A stretch of DNA of 64,000 nucleotides from Polyangiaceae bacterium (GCA_965222375.1 CBDCTZ010000013.1:608001-672000), one strand, 5' to 3'. Shown: positions 18,638 through 28,354, numbered from the stretch's first letter. A program made the numbers and translations. Notes: generated from the sequence alone by a model not told the origin.

Positions 18638-20292
18638 GGCGCTCCGAAGCGGCCAGCGGGGCGGCGCGCGCCTACCTCGGCGTCGACGTCGGCACTGGAA
18701 GTGTTCGCGCGGGGCTCTTCGACGAGAGAGGCAAGCGCCTGGGCGTCGGCACACGTGAAATTTGCATCTGGCGACCCCAGGAGGACTTCGTCGAGCAATC
18801 TTCGGACGACATTTGGGCCGCCGCTGGCAGCGCGATTCGCGCGGCCTTGGCACAGGCCGCGCTCGGGCCCGAAGCCGTCGCCGGGATCGGCTTCGACGCG
18901 ACTTGCTCGCTGGTAGCCCTCGACGCCGACGACCAGCCCGTCAGCATCAGCCCGACTGGCAAGGCCGAACAGAACGTGATCGTGTGGATGGACCATCGTG
19001 CGATCGAAGAGGCGGACCACATCAACGCGACGAAGCACGAGGTCTTGCGTTACGTCGGCGGTGTGATCTCGCCCGAGATGCAGACGCCGAAGCTGCTCTG
19101 GCTCAAGAAACACTTGCCCCAAGCCTTCAAGGGCGCGGCGCGGTTCTTCGATCTGCCCGACTTCCTCAGCTACCGAGCCACGGGCGTGGACGTGCGCTCC
19201 CTCTGCACGACCGTGTGCAAGTGGACCTACCAAGGCCATGAAGACGCCTGGTCCGATGACTACTTCCGCCGAATTGGGCTTGCGGAGCTCACCGAGGATT
19301 CTCACGCCCGCATCGGCCAGCGAGTTCGCCCCATGGGCGAGCGAGTCGGCGGTCTGACGGACGTCGCCGCGCAACAGCTGGGGCTTTCAGCCGGCACTGC
19401 CGTCGGCGTGGGCATCATCGACGCCCACGCAGGCGGCCTCGGCATGCTCGGTGCGCCCCTCGATGGAGCGCCCGTCGACGAAGCAACCTTGGAGCGGCGG
19501 CTGGCTCTGATCGGCGGCACATCGAGCTGCCACATGGCCGTATCCCGAGAGCCCCGCTATGTGCCCGGTGTCTGGGGCCCATATTTTTCCGCGATGGTGC
19601 CGGGAATGTGGCTGACCGAAGGCGGCCAATCCGCAACCGGCGCTCTGATCGACCACGTGATTCACTCCCATGTGCGCGGGCCACAGCTCGCCGCGAAAGC
19701 GAAATCCAAAAGCACGACGGTGTATGCACTGCTCAACGACGTGGTCGCCGGCCTCGCCGAGGGCGCCGAGCACCCGGCTGCGCTGACCCGGGAGTTGCAC
19801 GTCAATCCCGACTTCCACGGCAATCGCTCCCCACGCGCCGATCCGACCCTGCGCGGAATGATCAGCGGACTGAAACTCACCGACAGCATCGAGTCCTTGG
19901 CGCTAACCTACCTGGCGACAATCCAAGCCGTAGCCCACGGGACCCGCCACATCCTCTCCGCCATGTCCGAGCAGGGCTACGAAACCGACGTTGTCTTTGC
20001 CTGCGGCGGCGACATGAAAAACCCGCTCTTCGTTCGGGAGCACGCCGACATCTGCGGCTGCCGCATTGCCGCGCCGGCCGAGCCAGAAGCAGTATTGCTC
20101 GGCTCGGCGATCCTCGGCGCTGTGGCCAGCGGCGCCCACGGCAGCGTCGTCGCCGCGATGGCAGCGATGAACCGCGCAGGAACGGTGACGCAGCCGAACG
20201 CTGGGGCCGTCCGCAGCTACCACGACAAGAAACATGAGGTGTTCTTGCGCATGCACGAGGACCAGCTCGCCTACCGCAAGCTCATGGGTTGA
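18634..20292 (+). CDS. FGGY-family pentulose kinase (D-ribulokinase-like)
   Basis: GVDVGTGSVRA, GIGFDATCSLV, WMDHRA, SPEMQTPKLLWL, GTSSCH, EGGQSATG, PDFHGNRSPRAD. Confidence 0.92.
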   Translation: MRRSEAASGAARAYLGVDVGTGSVRAGLFDERGKRLGVGTREICIWRPQEDFVEQSSDDIWAAAGSAIRAALAQAALGPEAVAGIGFDATCSLVALDADDQPVSISPTGKAEQNVIVWMDHRAIEEADHINATKHEVLRYVGGVISPEMQTPKLLWLKKHLPQAFKGAARFFDLPDFLSYRATGVDVRSLCTTVCKWTYQGHEDAWSDDYFRRIGLAELTEDSHARIGQRVRPMGERVGGLTDVAAQQLGLSAGTAVGVGIIDAHAGGLGMLGAPLDGAPVDEATLERRLALIGGTSSCHMAVSREPRYVPGVWGPYFSAMVPGMWLTEGGQSATGALIDHVIHSHVRGPQLAAKAKSKSTTVYALLNDVVAGLAEGAEHPAALTRELHVNPDFHGNRSPRADPTLRGMISGLKLTDSIESLALTYLATIQAVAHGTRHILSAMSEQGYETDVVFACGGDMKNPLFVREHADICGCRIAAPAEPEAVLLGSAILGAVASGAHGSVVAAMAAMNRAGTVTQPNAGAVRSYHDKKHEVFLRMHEDQLAYRKLMG

Positions 20293-20506
20293 GTCTGGTT
20301 TTTGGGGTCGCATCAATGTACGGAGCTGGTGCCCTACTCTCACTCTTCCACCCCAGTTCCGGTTGAAGGCGTGATTGCGCAGGCGGTCGCGCACGTGTAG
20401 CGCCACCACGATTGTTGCCGAAGCTTTGCGAAAAGTCTCGATGGCGCTGATGGCGTCTTGCGCTGCGCTCCATCACTACCGGTGCTCGCGACAGCAAGGC
20501 GCTGGG

Positions 20507-21454
20507 CTAGCGCCGCTTTGCCGCCCGGCGTTCGGCGCTGAGCAGGTTTGCGATCAACCCGCGCCACTCTTCGCGCTGTCGCTCCCGGCCCATCTTGCCC
20601 ACGACGAATCCCATCGACGCGCCTACGCGGATGATCGAATAGACTTCGGGGCCGTGGGCGAAGACACGGATCTCTCCACCGCCGTCCACGATCCCGTCGA
20701 AGTCGAAGAGCTGGCTTCCAGGCCCAAGCGCGCCCTCGACGTCCGCCTGGCTGGAGCCCACGCGGACGGGGAATTCGATGGCAGGAAGATCTCCGAAGGC
20801 CCACGCGACCGCATCTACGTTTGCCTGATCTGGCTGGGACGGGGGCGAACTGAACAGCATCAGCATGGCGTCCTTCGGCAACCGCGCACCTTTCTTGCAC
20901 GGCGCGAAGAACCAGATCCTTCGCTTTCCGCCCTGAATCGGATCGCTGTCGCAAAGCGAAGCTCCCAACCCTTGCCGCCTCATGAAACTCGCCACGGACT
21001 CTCCCACCCGAGCGCCATCGAAAGCGAAACTCAGCGCAGTCACCACTGCCGCGGATGGCGCTCTGCACAAGGCCGCTCGCGCGCGGGCCGCCAGTAGTTC
21101 AGGGTGCTTGGGCCCGTAGCGAACAGCCAAGACCTGCTCCTCGCGCAGCGCCGACGTGCACTCGTCCGCCGTCGGTCGTGGATCCTCGCAGCCGGTGAGC
21201 GCCGCTTCGACTTCAGCCCGTCGAGGGTGCTTCGGCCCCAACCCGCGGGCTGAAAAGGCCGCGCGTTCGAGGGCCAGCTCCCCGCAGCTCTGGGTTGTCA
21301 CGGGCGCTGGCGGCGCTTTGGGTGTCGGGGGTCGCTGGGATGGGCAGGGCACCGGCGTTTCCACGAACACAACCCGCTGTGTCGGCGTGCACCCGGGCGC
21401 CCCGCACGACAACGTGAAAACTCCGGCCCAGGCGATCGGCGCCAGCCGCGTCAC
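20507..21454 (-). CDS. Hypothetical lipoprotein with two GPKHP helical-hairpin motifs
   Basis: Lipobox TLSC, Pro-rich linker, repeats GLGPKHPRRAEV and RYGPKHPELLA. Start uncertain. Confidence 0.55.
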   Translation of the reverse strand: MTRLAPIAWAGVFTLSCGAPGCTPTQRVVFVETPVPCPSQRPPTPKAPPAPVTTQSCGELALERAAFSARGLGPKHPRRAEVEAALTGCEDPRPTADECTSALREEQVLAVRYGPKHPELLAARARAALCRAPSAAVVTALSFAFDGARVGESVASFMRRQGLGASLCDSDPIQGGKRRIWFFAPCKKGARLPKDAMLMLFSSPPSQPDQANVDAVAWAFGDLPAIEFPVRVGSSQADVEGALGPGSQLFDFDGIVDGGGEIRVFAHGPEVYSIIRVGASMGFVVGKMGRERQREEWRGLIANLLSAERRAAKRR

Positions 21455-21473
21455 GACCTGGACCACTGCACCA

Positions 21474-21950
21474 CTAGCACTCAGATGCGCAGTTGCCCTG
21501 AACGCAGGCCACGAGCGCATTGAATGTGCTCTCTCCATTGGGGTTGGGTGAAACGCAGGCGCCGAGGCAGGCCGTATCTGTAGGCGAAGAACATTTCTGT
21601 GCACACCCCAGAATGGCGACGCAATCGGGGTTGTCGGTGCACGCCTTGAGCTCGCTACCGCACTTGGCGCTCATGCAATCGGTGCACGCTGCTCCACCGC
21701 CCGCACTACCCCCGGCTCCACCGCCCGCACTACCTCCGGCTCCACCGCTACCCGCAGTCGCTCCCGAGCCGCCCGTCGCACCGGACCCACCGGTGGCCCC
21801 GGAACCCCCTGTCCCGCCTGAACCGCCGGTTGCCCCGGAGCCTGCAGATCCACTGGAGCCGCCGGTACCCGATCCGCCACCGCTGTCGTCGCCGCAGGCG
21901 AGCAGCATGCCACTCGTGGCGATTAACGCCACCCAGGTCTTCAACTTCAT
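21474..21950 (-). CDS. Small Gly-tethered Cys-rich lipoprotein
   Basis: GGAGGAG RBS, lipobox LLAC, Gly/Ser/Thr repeats, C-terminal helical domain with Cx3C spacing. Confidence 0.85.
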   Translation of the reverse strand: MKLKTWVALIATSGMLLACGDDSGGGSGTGGSSGSAGSGATGGSGGTGGSGATGGSGATGGSGATAGSGGAGGSAGGGAGGSAGGGAACTDCMSAKCGSELKACTDNPDCVAILGCAQKCSSPTDTACLGACVSPNPNGESTFNALVACVQGNCASEC

Positions 21951-22169
21951 TGGCTCCTCCAAGGACTAGCTTGCCAGCTGGCAGCGCCAGCTAAGCCCCC
22001 AATTGCTACCTTACCGCACTTGTCGATGCCCGCTCTACTAAACCCAGCCACAACGGGGTAGGTCTCCGTGGAGCGCCGATCTCGGCCGACGCGCGACCCA
22101 GTGCCAGATTGGCTATCTGGGCCGCCCGACGGGAACCGCTCGAGAGTACACTCGGCGACACCGTCCGAC

Positions 22170-24560
22170 ATGATGAACCCGAGCGACAGACCACCGCCTG
22201 GCGCCTCCGACAAGCTATGGAGTCGGAAAATCCGCATCAGCGGTGAGGTGGACCGCGGCGGGATGTCGTACGTGCTCAAGGGCACCGACACGAAGCTCAA
22301 CCGCGAGCTGGCGCTGAAAGTGTCGCCCGCGCCACGAAACCAGCTACCGACCGAGCAGCTCGCCCGGTTCATCGAAGAGGCGCAGATCACCGCTCAGCTC
22401 GAGCACCCCAACGTCGTACCAGTGCACGAGATTGGCCTGGACCCGGAGGGCCGTGTCTATTTTTCGATGAAGCTGGTCCGCGGTCGCTCCCTCGAGTCGA
22501 TTCTTCAGAGCCGCCGTGAGGGCGACGCCGATACGCTTGCCGAGTTTGGGTTGCGCAAGCTGCTCGACGTCTTTTTGCACGCCTGCCAAGCGATTGAGTA
22601 TGCGCACGCGCGAGGGGTGATCCATCGCGATATCAAGCCGGCCAACATCATGGTCGGCGGCTTCGGCGAGGTGTTGGTGATGGATTGGGGCATCGCCAAG
22701 GTCGCCGGCGGTGTCGAGCACACGGGCATCGAAGGCGTGACGGTGGAACCATCCTATACGGAAAAGGGCAGCATTCCTCCGCCGCCTGCCGACGTCTCGT
22801 CGATTCGCTCCGGGAAGGCCCACCTCGCAACGAAAATGGGCGAACTGATCGGGACTCCGGTGTACATGTCGCCCGAGCAAGCCGCGGGCGCAGTGGTCGA
22901 TGAAAGCGCTGATGTCTATGCGCTGGGCGTGATCCTCTATGAAATCCTCTGCGGCGAGCTGCCCTTCAATGACGCCGACACGCGGGTACTGCTGTCGAAA
23001 ATCCTAAGCGTCAACCCGAAGTCGCCATCCGAGCTCAACCCAGCCACTCCGCCGGCTCTCGAGGCGTTGGCGCTGCGACTTTTGGAAAAAGATCGGGAAC
23101 GGCGCCTGTCGATCCCGGAGATCCGCGATCACATCCAGAACTACATCGAAGGAATCGAGCGCGACTACCGACGTGAGAGCCTGTGGAGCAACGTGCTGTG
23201 GGTGGTCGGCGGCGTGGCGTTGTTCGCGTTTCTGGTGTGGTACGTCACCGGTCAGTCGATCACCGCACTGTTCGTGTTGGCGCCGACCACGGTGTTCAAC
23301 TCACTGGGTTGGTACCTAGTGGTGCTCGGAGCTCAGTACCCCTTGTGGGCGTCGTGGGTCAGCCTGAAGCGCTCGCGTGCTGAGCCCGACCCGTTCCTGC
23401 CGGCCAGCTCCAGCGACCAATTCGTGTTGGGCTACCTCGCGCACCGCACATTGGCGACGGCAATCGCGCCACTGTTTCAGCTGTTCTTCATCGTCGAACT
23501 CTTGGGCATGACGGTGGCCCAAGTCTCCCGGGGCGCAGCGCTTTCCAGCAACATGATGGATCGAATGATGAACGAGCTTCGCGCCGAGTGGGGCCGCGCG
23601 TTGATCGTGATCCTGCTGTTTCTATTTGGCTACCTCTTTCTGCTTTCACGCCAGGTTCGTTTCGCGCGCCGGCTCGACCGCTACGAGACTCTGGTACGCC
23701 GTTCGAAGTGGGAAGCTGTGTGGCCGATCTTCCTGATTGCGATCTTGCTCGGGACGATTGTGCTGACGGACGTGCTCGGCTCGCTGGTGGTCACGGGCGT
23801 TCGTCCGGGTGCGTACATACGCCATGTGGTCACCCAACCGATCAGCGTGTTGGAAGTAGCCAAGACCTTCGTCCTCCAGGGGACTTTCCTTCTGGGGCTG
23901 GTCTTTACGATGGTATTGCTCGCGTTCCCATTTCCCGAGCTGCTGGCTGCTTTGCGGCTACCGTATCAACCCGCCGACCAAGCGGCGGTGCGCGGACGGG
24001 CGCAGTACTTTCTGCGCTCGTTGGCGGTTTTCCGCGTCACCCGCGTCAACTGGCTTTATGGGGGCGCGATGATGGGTTGCTTGACCGCGCTAGTGGGACT
24101 GTCAGGCAATTCCGAGAGCCCGCTGCTGCAACGGACGCTCGCAGTGCTCGGGCCGTCGCTGATCGGTTTCGTCGGCTACCTGTTGACACGGCGTCAGTTG
24201 ACTCGGCTGCTGCGGGATTCACCGGCGGTTGCACGCTTGCTCGATCGCCAAGCTTCGCTGGGGCGGCTCGAGCGGCTCGAGGCGCGTGTGGAGCAGATCT
24301 CCCAAGCGCCGATCCGCTGGCGCTTGATCTCGCTGCTGGTGCCGTTCGCCTGCATCGCCGGGCTGCTGGTGATCACCGGAAGCGGCTTTCATCAACGGGC
24401 GATCGGACAGCTCATCCTGCCCGGCACCTTCGAAGGCTGGCTGTTGATTTTGCCTTACGTTCTGTTGGTGCCGATGATCTTGGCAGGCGACTTTCTGTTG
24501 ATGCGACGCGCCCGAAGCAAGCTCCCACACAGCCGACGTGGCGTTCCGCTCCGCGAGTGA
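22170..24560 (+). CDS. Hanks-type Ser/Thr protein kinase fused to a polytopic membrane domain
   Basis: RGGMSYV, LALK, RFIEEAQITAQLEHPN, HRDIKPAN, DWG, GTPVYMSPEQ, DVYALG, then about 10 hydrophobic segments. Confidence 0.9.
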   Translation: MMNPSDRPPPGASDKLWSRKIRISGEVDRGGMSYVLKGTDTKLNRELALKVSPAPRNQLPTEQLARFIEEAQITAQLEHPNVVPVHEIGLDPEGRVYFSMKLVRGRSLESILQSRREGDADTLAEFGLRKLLDVFLHACQAIEYAHARGVIHRDIKPANIMVGGFGEVLVMDWGIAKVAGGVEHTGIEGVTVEPSYTEKGSIPPPPADVSSIRSGKAHLATKMGELIGTPVYMSPEQAAGAVVDESADVYALGVILYEILCGELPFNDADTRVLLSKILSVNPKSPSELNPATPPALEALALRLLEKDRERRLSIPEIRDHIQNYIEGIERDYRRESLWSNVLWVVGGVALFAFLVWYVTGQSITALFVLAPTTVFNSLGWYLVVLGAQYPLWASWVSLKRSRAEPDPFLPASSSDQFVLGYLAHRTLATAIAPLFQLFFIVELLGMTVAQVSRGAALSSNMMDRMMNELRAEWGRALIVILLFLFGYLFLLSRQVRFARRLDRYETLVRRSKWEAVWPIFLIAILLGTIVLTDVLGSLVVTGVRPGAYIRHVVTQPISVLEVAKTFVLQGTFLLGLVFTMVLLAFPFPELLAALRLPYQPADQAAVRGRAQYFLRSLAVFRVTRVNWLYGGAMMGCLTALVGLSGNSESPLLQRTLAVLGPSLIGFVGYLLTRRQLTRLLRDSPAVARLLDRQASLGRLERLEARVEQISQAPIRWRLISLLVPFACIAGLLVITGSGFHQRAIGQLILPGTFEGWLLILPYVLLVPMILAGDFLLMRRARSKLPHSRRGVPLRE

Positions 24561-24596
24561 CTTCCCTAATCTCGTCGGGGCGCAGCTGGGCCGTTT

Positions 24597-24619
24597 TCCT
24601 ACTGACATCCTACTGACAT
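24597..24619. repeat. Perfect 11-bp tandem direct repeat (TCCTACTGACA x2) within a 14-bp inverted repeat
   Basis: Units at 24597-24607 and 24608-24618. Flanking arms are CTGGGCCGTTTTCC (24586-24599) and GGAAAGCGGCCCAG (24634-24647). Confidence 0.85.
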
Positions 24620-24771
24620 TTGCGATTCGCGCCGGAAAGCGGCCCAGGGTCGAAGCCGAGGGTCACTGCCCCTGCGTGAGGCGGTTCGAGATTAGCGACC
24701 CCGACCGCCCCAGTGATGCGACCCAAACCAACCAGACGCGAAGAACGAAATCGCCGTCGCTCTTGCACGAC

Positions 24772-26163
24772 TCAGGGATCGCAGCAGCGGAAGCCCACGT
24801 CGTCGGGCGTGGCGTTGCGGGCGGCCATGCGACTGGCAGCGCAGGTCACGGCGGCTTCACCGTCCAACCAACTACCGCCACGAATGCGACAGGTATCCGC
24901 TGGGCCGGAGGCTCCACTGCACGAATCCTCCCACTCGGCGACGTTGCCGCTCATGTCAAACAACCCGGGGGCCGCTCCCTGGCAATCCTGTGGTGGAGTC
25001 GACGGCAGTGGCGTCTTTCTCTCTTTCCGGCTGCCAGGATAGGGCGCAGGCAGAAGTGTGCCACCAGATGAGAACGTAAAACTGAAGTTAGTACCAATGC
25101 ATCTCTTTGGTTCATAGGTAAGCCCGTACGGGAACTTATTGGCACCCGCTGAGCAGCCGTTGTGCCACTGGCTGACGGTGTGCTTGTTGAAGTCCCCTTG
25201 CGGCACGGTACCACCACCGATCTTGCCGCACAGGCGCTTGCCCGCCCATTTGCAATACGCGACGGCATCACACCAGTCCACGTTTCTGACCGGAAACTCC
25301 TCGAATCCTGCCTGTGCAGGCCAGTTCTTCGGCGGCGTGTAGGACTTGTTCCACTGACACTCGGGGATCTGCTGGTTGGTGGGCGGGTTGGCCTGCCAGA
25401 ATTTGGTGTAGTCCGCGTAGCTGACTTCGTACTCGTCGATGCAGTACGCGCCGCCGCCGGTCGCCGGCGCAATCACCATGCCCACCGCGCACTGACATTG
25501 TTTCTTGACGCAGTTGTTCGAAGCACAATCGAAGTTGCCAACGCAACCCGCCCCAAGAGCACAGTCGGCCGGGCAAGTGCCGCCGCAATCCGTGTCAGTC
25601 TCGATGCCGTTCTTGACGTTGTCACCGCAGCTGGGCTCTTGACAGATTTTCGAGCTGCAGACCGCGCTCTTGCAATCGCTCGGGCCCTCACAGGCCAGGT
25701 TGTCGTCGCAGGGGCCACAGTTCAATCCACCGCAATCCTTGTCGGTCTCGCTGCCGTTCTTGACGCTGTCCACGCAGGTCGGGCCTTTACATGTCTTGGC
25801 GAGGAGGTCACAGACGCCCTCGGCGCAATCGCTGCCCTGCTGGCACTTCTTGTCCTGCGCGCACCCCAGGCAGCTGCCGCCGCAATCCACGTCTGTCTCG
25901 TCACCGTCTTGGGCGCCGTTGCTGCAGTGCCCAGCAACGTCCACGGCTGCATCGGCGCCACCTTCCGTGGCCCCATCCGTCGTGGCGTCGCTGCCAGCGT
26001 CAACGCCGCCGCCTCCGGTACCGCCCGTCACACCGACCCCGCCCGTGGCGCCAGTCCCCGGGGGTGCTGTTCCAGGGCGGGAATCGTCGCCACCGCAGGC
26101 AGCCGCAATGAGGCCGATGCTCGAGCACAGACCAAGGAAGCGAAGAATCGAAGAAGGAGTCAT
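24772..26163 (-). CDS. SUMF1/FGE-sulfatase-domain lipoprotein with ETDxDCGG Cys-rich repeats
   Basis: Lipobox AAAC, three ETD[VKT]DCGG repeats, IDEYEVS, PVRNVDWCDAVAYCKWAGKRL, DMSGNVAEW, RGGSW, VGFRCC. Confidence 0.88.
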   Translation of the reverse strand: MTPSSILRFLGLCSSIGLIAAACGGDDSRPGTAPPGTGATGGVGVTGGTGGGGVDAGSDATTDGATEGGADAAVDVAGHCSNGAQDGDETDVDCGGSCLGCAQDKKCQQGSDCAEGVCDLLAKTCKGPTCVDSVKNGSETDKDCGGLNCGPCDDNLACEGPSDCKSAVCSSKICQEPSCGDNVKNGIETDTDCGGTCPADCALGAGCVGNFDCASNNCVKKQCQCAVGMVIAPATGGGAYCIDEYEVSYADYTKFWQANPPTNQQIPECQWNKSYTPPKNWPAQAGFEEFPVRNVDWCDAVAYCKWAGKRLCGKIGGGTVPQGDFNKHTVSQWHNGCSAGANKFPYGLTYEPKRCIGTNFSFTFSSGGTLLPAPYPGSRKERKTPLPSTPPQDCQGAAPGLFDMSGNVAEWEDSCSGASGPADTCRIRGGSWLDGEAAVTCAASRMAARNATPDDVGFRCCDP

Positions 26164-26295
26164 GCGAAACACCTCGTGCATGCGCCAATGCGCGATGCCT
26201 CTAGAGTAGCGCGAATCGCCCAAGCAAGGAAATCCGCGGAGATTTCCAGGGCCGACACGGGTCACCCCCAGTCCAAGCGCCGCCGTCGCCCAGCG

Positions 26296-27402
26296 TCACT
26301 CCAAGACGTCGTTCCAGGCGCCGCCGTCACCGAGCATGGCCGCGGTCCAATCCACCAAGCGCGTGCCGCGCACACTCACATCCGAGTAGCCAGCCAAAAG
26401 CGCGGTGTGGGCGCCGCCCTCGATGAAGTAGCGCTGGTAGCGATCGGGATGGGCGTCGTGCACTTTGCCTGTCTCTTCGAGGATCAACTTGCGGTAATCG
26501 CCGCCGGGCATTCCGAGGAACAGGCCCGCGATGATGCCATCTTCGTAGGCGCTGAACACGCCAACCCTCATGCTCGGGTCGTGGTCTAGCCCCCACTTGA
26601 CCAGGGATGTGAACTGCTTGCTCTCCAGGCACCCCTCGCAGGAAGGCGGAACGAACTGGGCAAACTTCCACTCGTCTTTGGCGGCGTTGATCAGTGCGTC
26701 ATCCTCGGGGTTCGTGACGCCAACCCCGGCATCATTGATCACGAATAGCGGCATGCCTTCATACGCCATGCGCACGACGGCGGTGCCCACGATCGTGCCG
26801 TACCCCCCCGCGCTAGAGCCCGCGATCAGGACACGCCGCGGAGAGGGAAAACGTTCCTTGGCGATGTCCAGGGCAGCAGAGAGGTTTGCCAGGCCTCGAT
26901 GTCGGCGTTCGACGCTACCATCGGCCGCGAGCGTGACGTTGTCGCCGCTGAAGACGGAACCATCGCAGTACGAAACGAAGACGACGTTGAAATCGTACAG
27001 CGCTGGGTTGCGCTCGGCATCTGCGTCCGTCCAACCCACGGGTTGCACCCCCACGCCGGCCTTGGAGTTGGCACCGCAGCTATCCCCGAAGCAGGCCCCG
27101 CCACCCTGAAAGTAGATCAGCAAGTCCTTGGAGCCCGTGTCCCGAACCGACACCCGATACGGATCTCCGAAGATGCAGGTTGGCCCATCGTCCCGGGGCT
27201 TGAAGGTGTAGGCGTCGAAGGTCTCGTAGGACTCCATACTGTCCGCGGTGAACTGGCCGAAATACTTCGTCACGCCCGTGGCGATGAGTTCGTCCTTCGC
27301 CTCGTCGTCGAAGGCCGCCCGCGGCCCCTCGGCCGCGAGGGGTTCGTCATCGCCGCAGCCCAGCAAGAGCAGCGCGGCAAATAGCCAGGGCAGACGCCTC
27401 AC
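26296..27402 (-). CDS. Second pectinacetylesterase-family lipoprotein
   Basis: Lipobox LLGC, YFQGGGAC, SYCDGSVFSGD, GSSAGGYG, GGAHT. Confidence 0.85.
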   Translation of the reverse strand: MRRLPWLFAALLLLGCGDDEPLAAEGPRAAFDDEAKDELIATGVTKYFGQFTADSMESYETFDAYTFKPRDDGPTCIFGDPYRVSVRDTGSKDLLIYFQGGGACFGDSCGANSKAGVGVQPVGWTDADAERNPALYDFNVVFVSYCDGSVFSGDNVTLAADGSVERRHRGLANLSAALDIAKERFPSPRRVLIAGSSAGGYGTIVGTAVVRMAYEGMPLFVINDAGVGVTNPEDDALINAAKDEWKFAQFVPPSCEGCLESKQFTSLVKWGLDHDPSMRVGVFSAYEDGIIAGLFLGMPGGDYRKLILEETGKVHDAHPDRYQRYFIEGGAHTALLAGYSDVSVRGTRLVDWTAAMLGDGGAWNDVLE

Positions 27403-27436
27403 ACCGGGGTTATAGCGCACTATACTCGGCGCCGCC

Positions 27437-28345
27437 GTGCAAACTCCGACCACCCATCGCTATGCCGAGGCCAACGGTATTCGCCTGCACTATGCAGAGC
27501 GAGGCGCCGGACACCCAGTGGTGCTGCTGCATGGCTTTCCGGAGACTCATCGGTCGTGGGATCTGCAAATCGACGCACTTGTCGGCGCAGGCTACGAAAC
27601 CCACTGTGTCGACTTGCGTGGGTACGGCCGCAGCGATCGGCCTCGCGCGGGCTACGACTTGGCCAATCTCGCCGAAGACATTGCGGACTTGATTCGCGGG
27701 CTCGGCGTCGGCTCCGTTCCCGTGGTCGGGCACGACTGGGGCGGCGCTGTGACCTGGGAACTCGCTTCGAAGCATCCGACCTTGCTGCAGCGAGCCATCA
27801 TCCTGGACTGCCCTCACCCGGCCATCATGGCGCGGGCGCTGCGCACCAACCCACGGCAAGTGCGCCGCAGCTGGTACATGTTCTTTTTTCAGCTGCCCAG
27901 GTTGCCGGAGCGATGGCTGTCGGCTCGAGATGGCAAAAACCTCGCGGGCATGTTCCGAGAGGCGCCTCTTCGAGCCGGGGTCGCAGAGATTGTGGAAGCC
28001 GAGCGCCAAGCGCTGCTCGCACCGGGTGCCCTCAGGCCCGCCCTCGCCTACTACCGCACGGCCTTTCGTCAGGACGCCCAGGCGCTGATCAGCGGGAAAC
28101 TGTCGAAACCCTACGCGCGTATCTCCTGCCCCATCCACCTGGTTTGGGGAGAAGAGGACAGCTGCCTAGGCACCGAGTTGATTCACGGAACTTCACGTTA
28201 TACCTCCCAACTCGATGTGACTCTCGTGCCGGACGCGGGGCACTTTGTTCATCAGGAGCGGCCGGACGTCGTCAATCCGCTCCTATTGCAGGCCCTGTCC
28301 GGAGCCAGCAGCGGGCGCCTACCGCGCAAAACCCTCCACCAGTAG
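27437..28345 (+). CDS. Alpha/beta hydrolase, epoxide hydrolase-like
   Basis: LLHGFPE, DLRGYG, GHDWGG (Asp nucleophile), WGEED, AGHFVHQE. Confidence 0.92.
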   Translation: MQTPTTHRYAEANGIRLHYAERGAGHPVVLLHGFPETHRSWDLQIDALVGAGYETHCVDLRGYGRSDRPRAGYDLANLAEDIADLIRGLGVGSVPVVGHDWGGAVTWELASKHPTLLQRAIILDCPHPAIMARALRTNPRQVRRSWYMFFFQLPRLPERWLSARDGKNLAGMFREAPLRAGVAEIVEAERQALLAPGALRPALAYYRTAFRQDAQALISGKLSKPYARISCPIHLVWGEEDSCLGTELIHGTSRYTSQLDVTLVPDAGHFVHQERPDVVNPLLLQALSGASSGRLPRKTLHQ

Positions 28346-28354
28346 ATATTCCCA

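Noticed and set aside
24683..24706. Possible tRNA-Pro gene
   Set aside because: Only a loose likeness to a T-arm and acceptor 3' end; I could not form a cloverleaf upstream.
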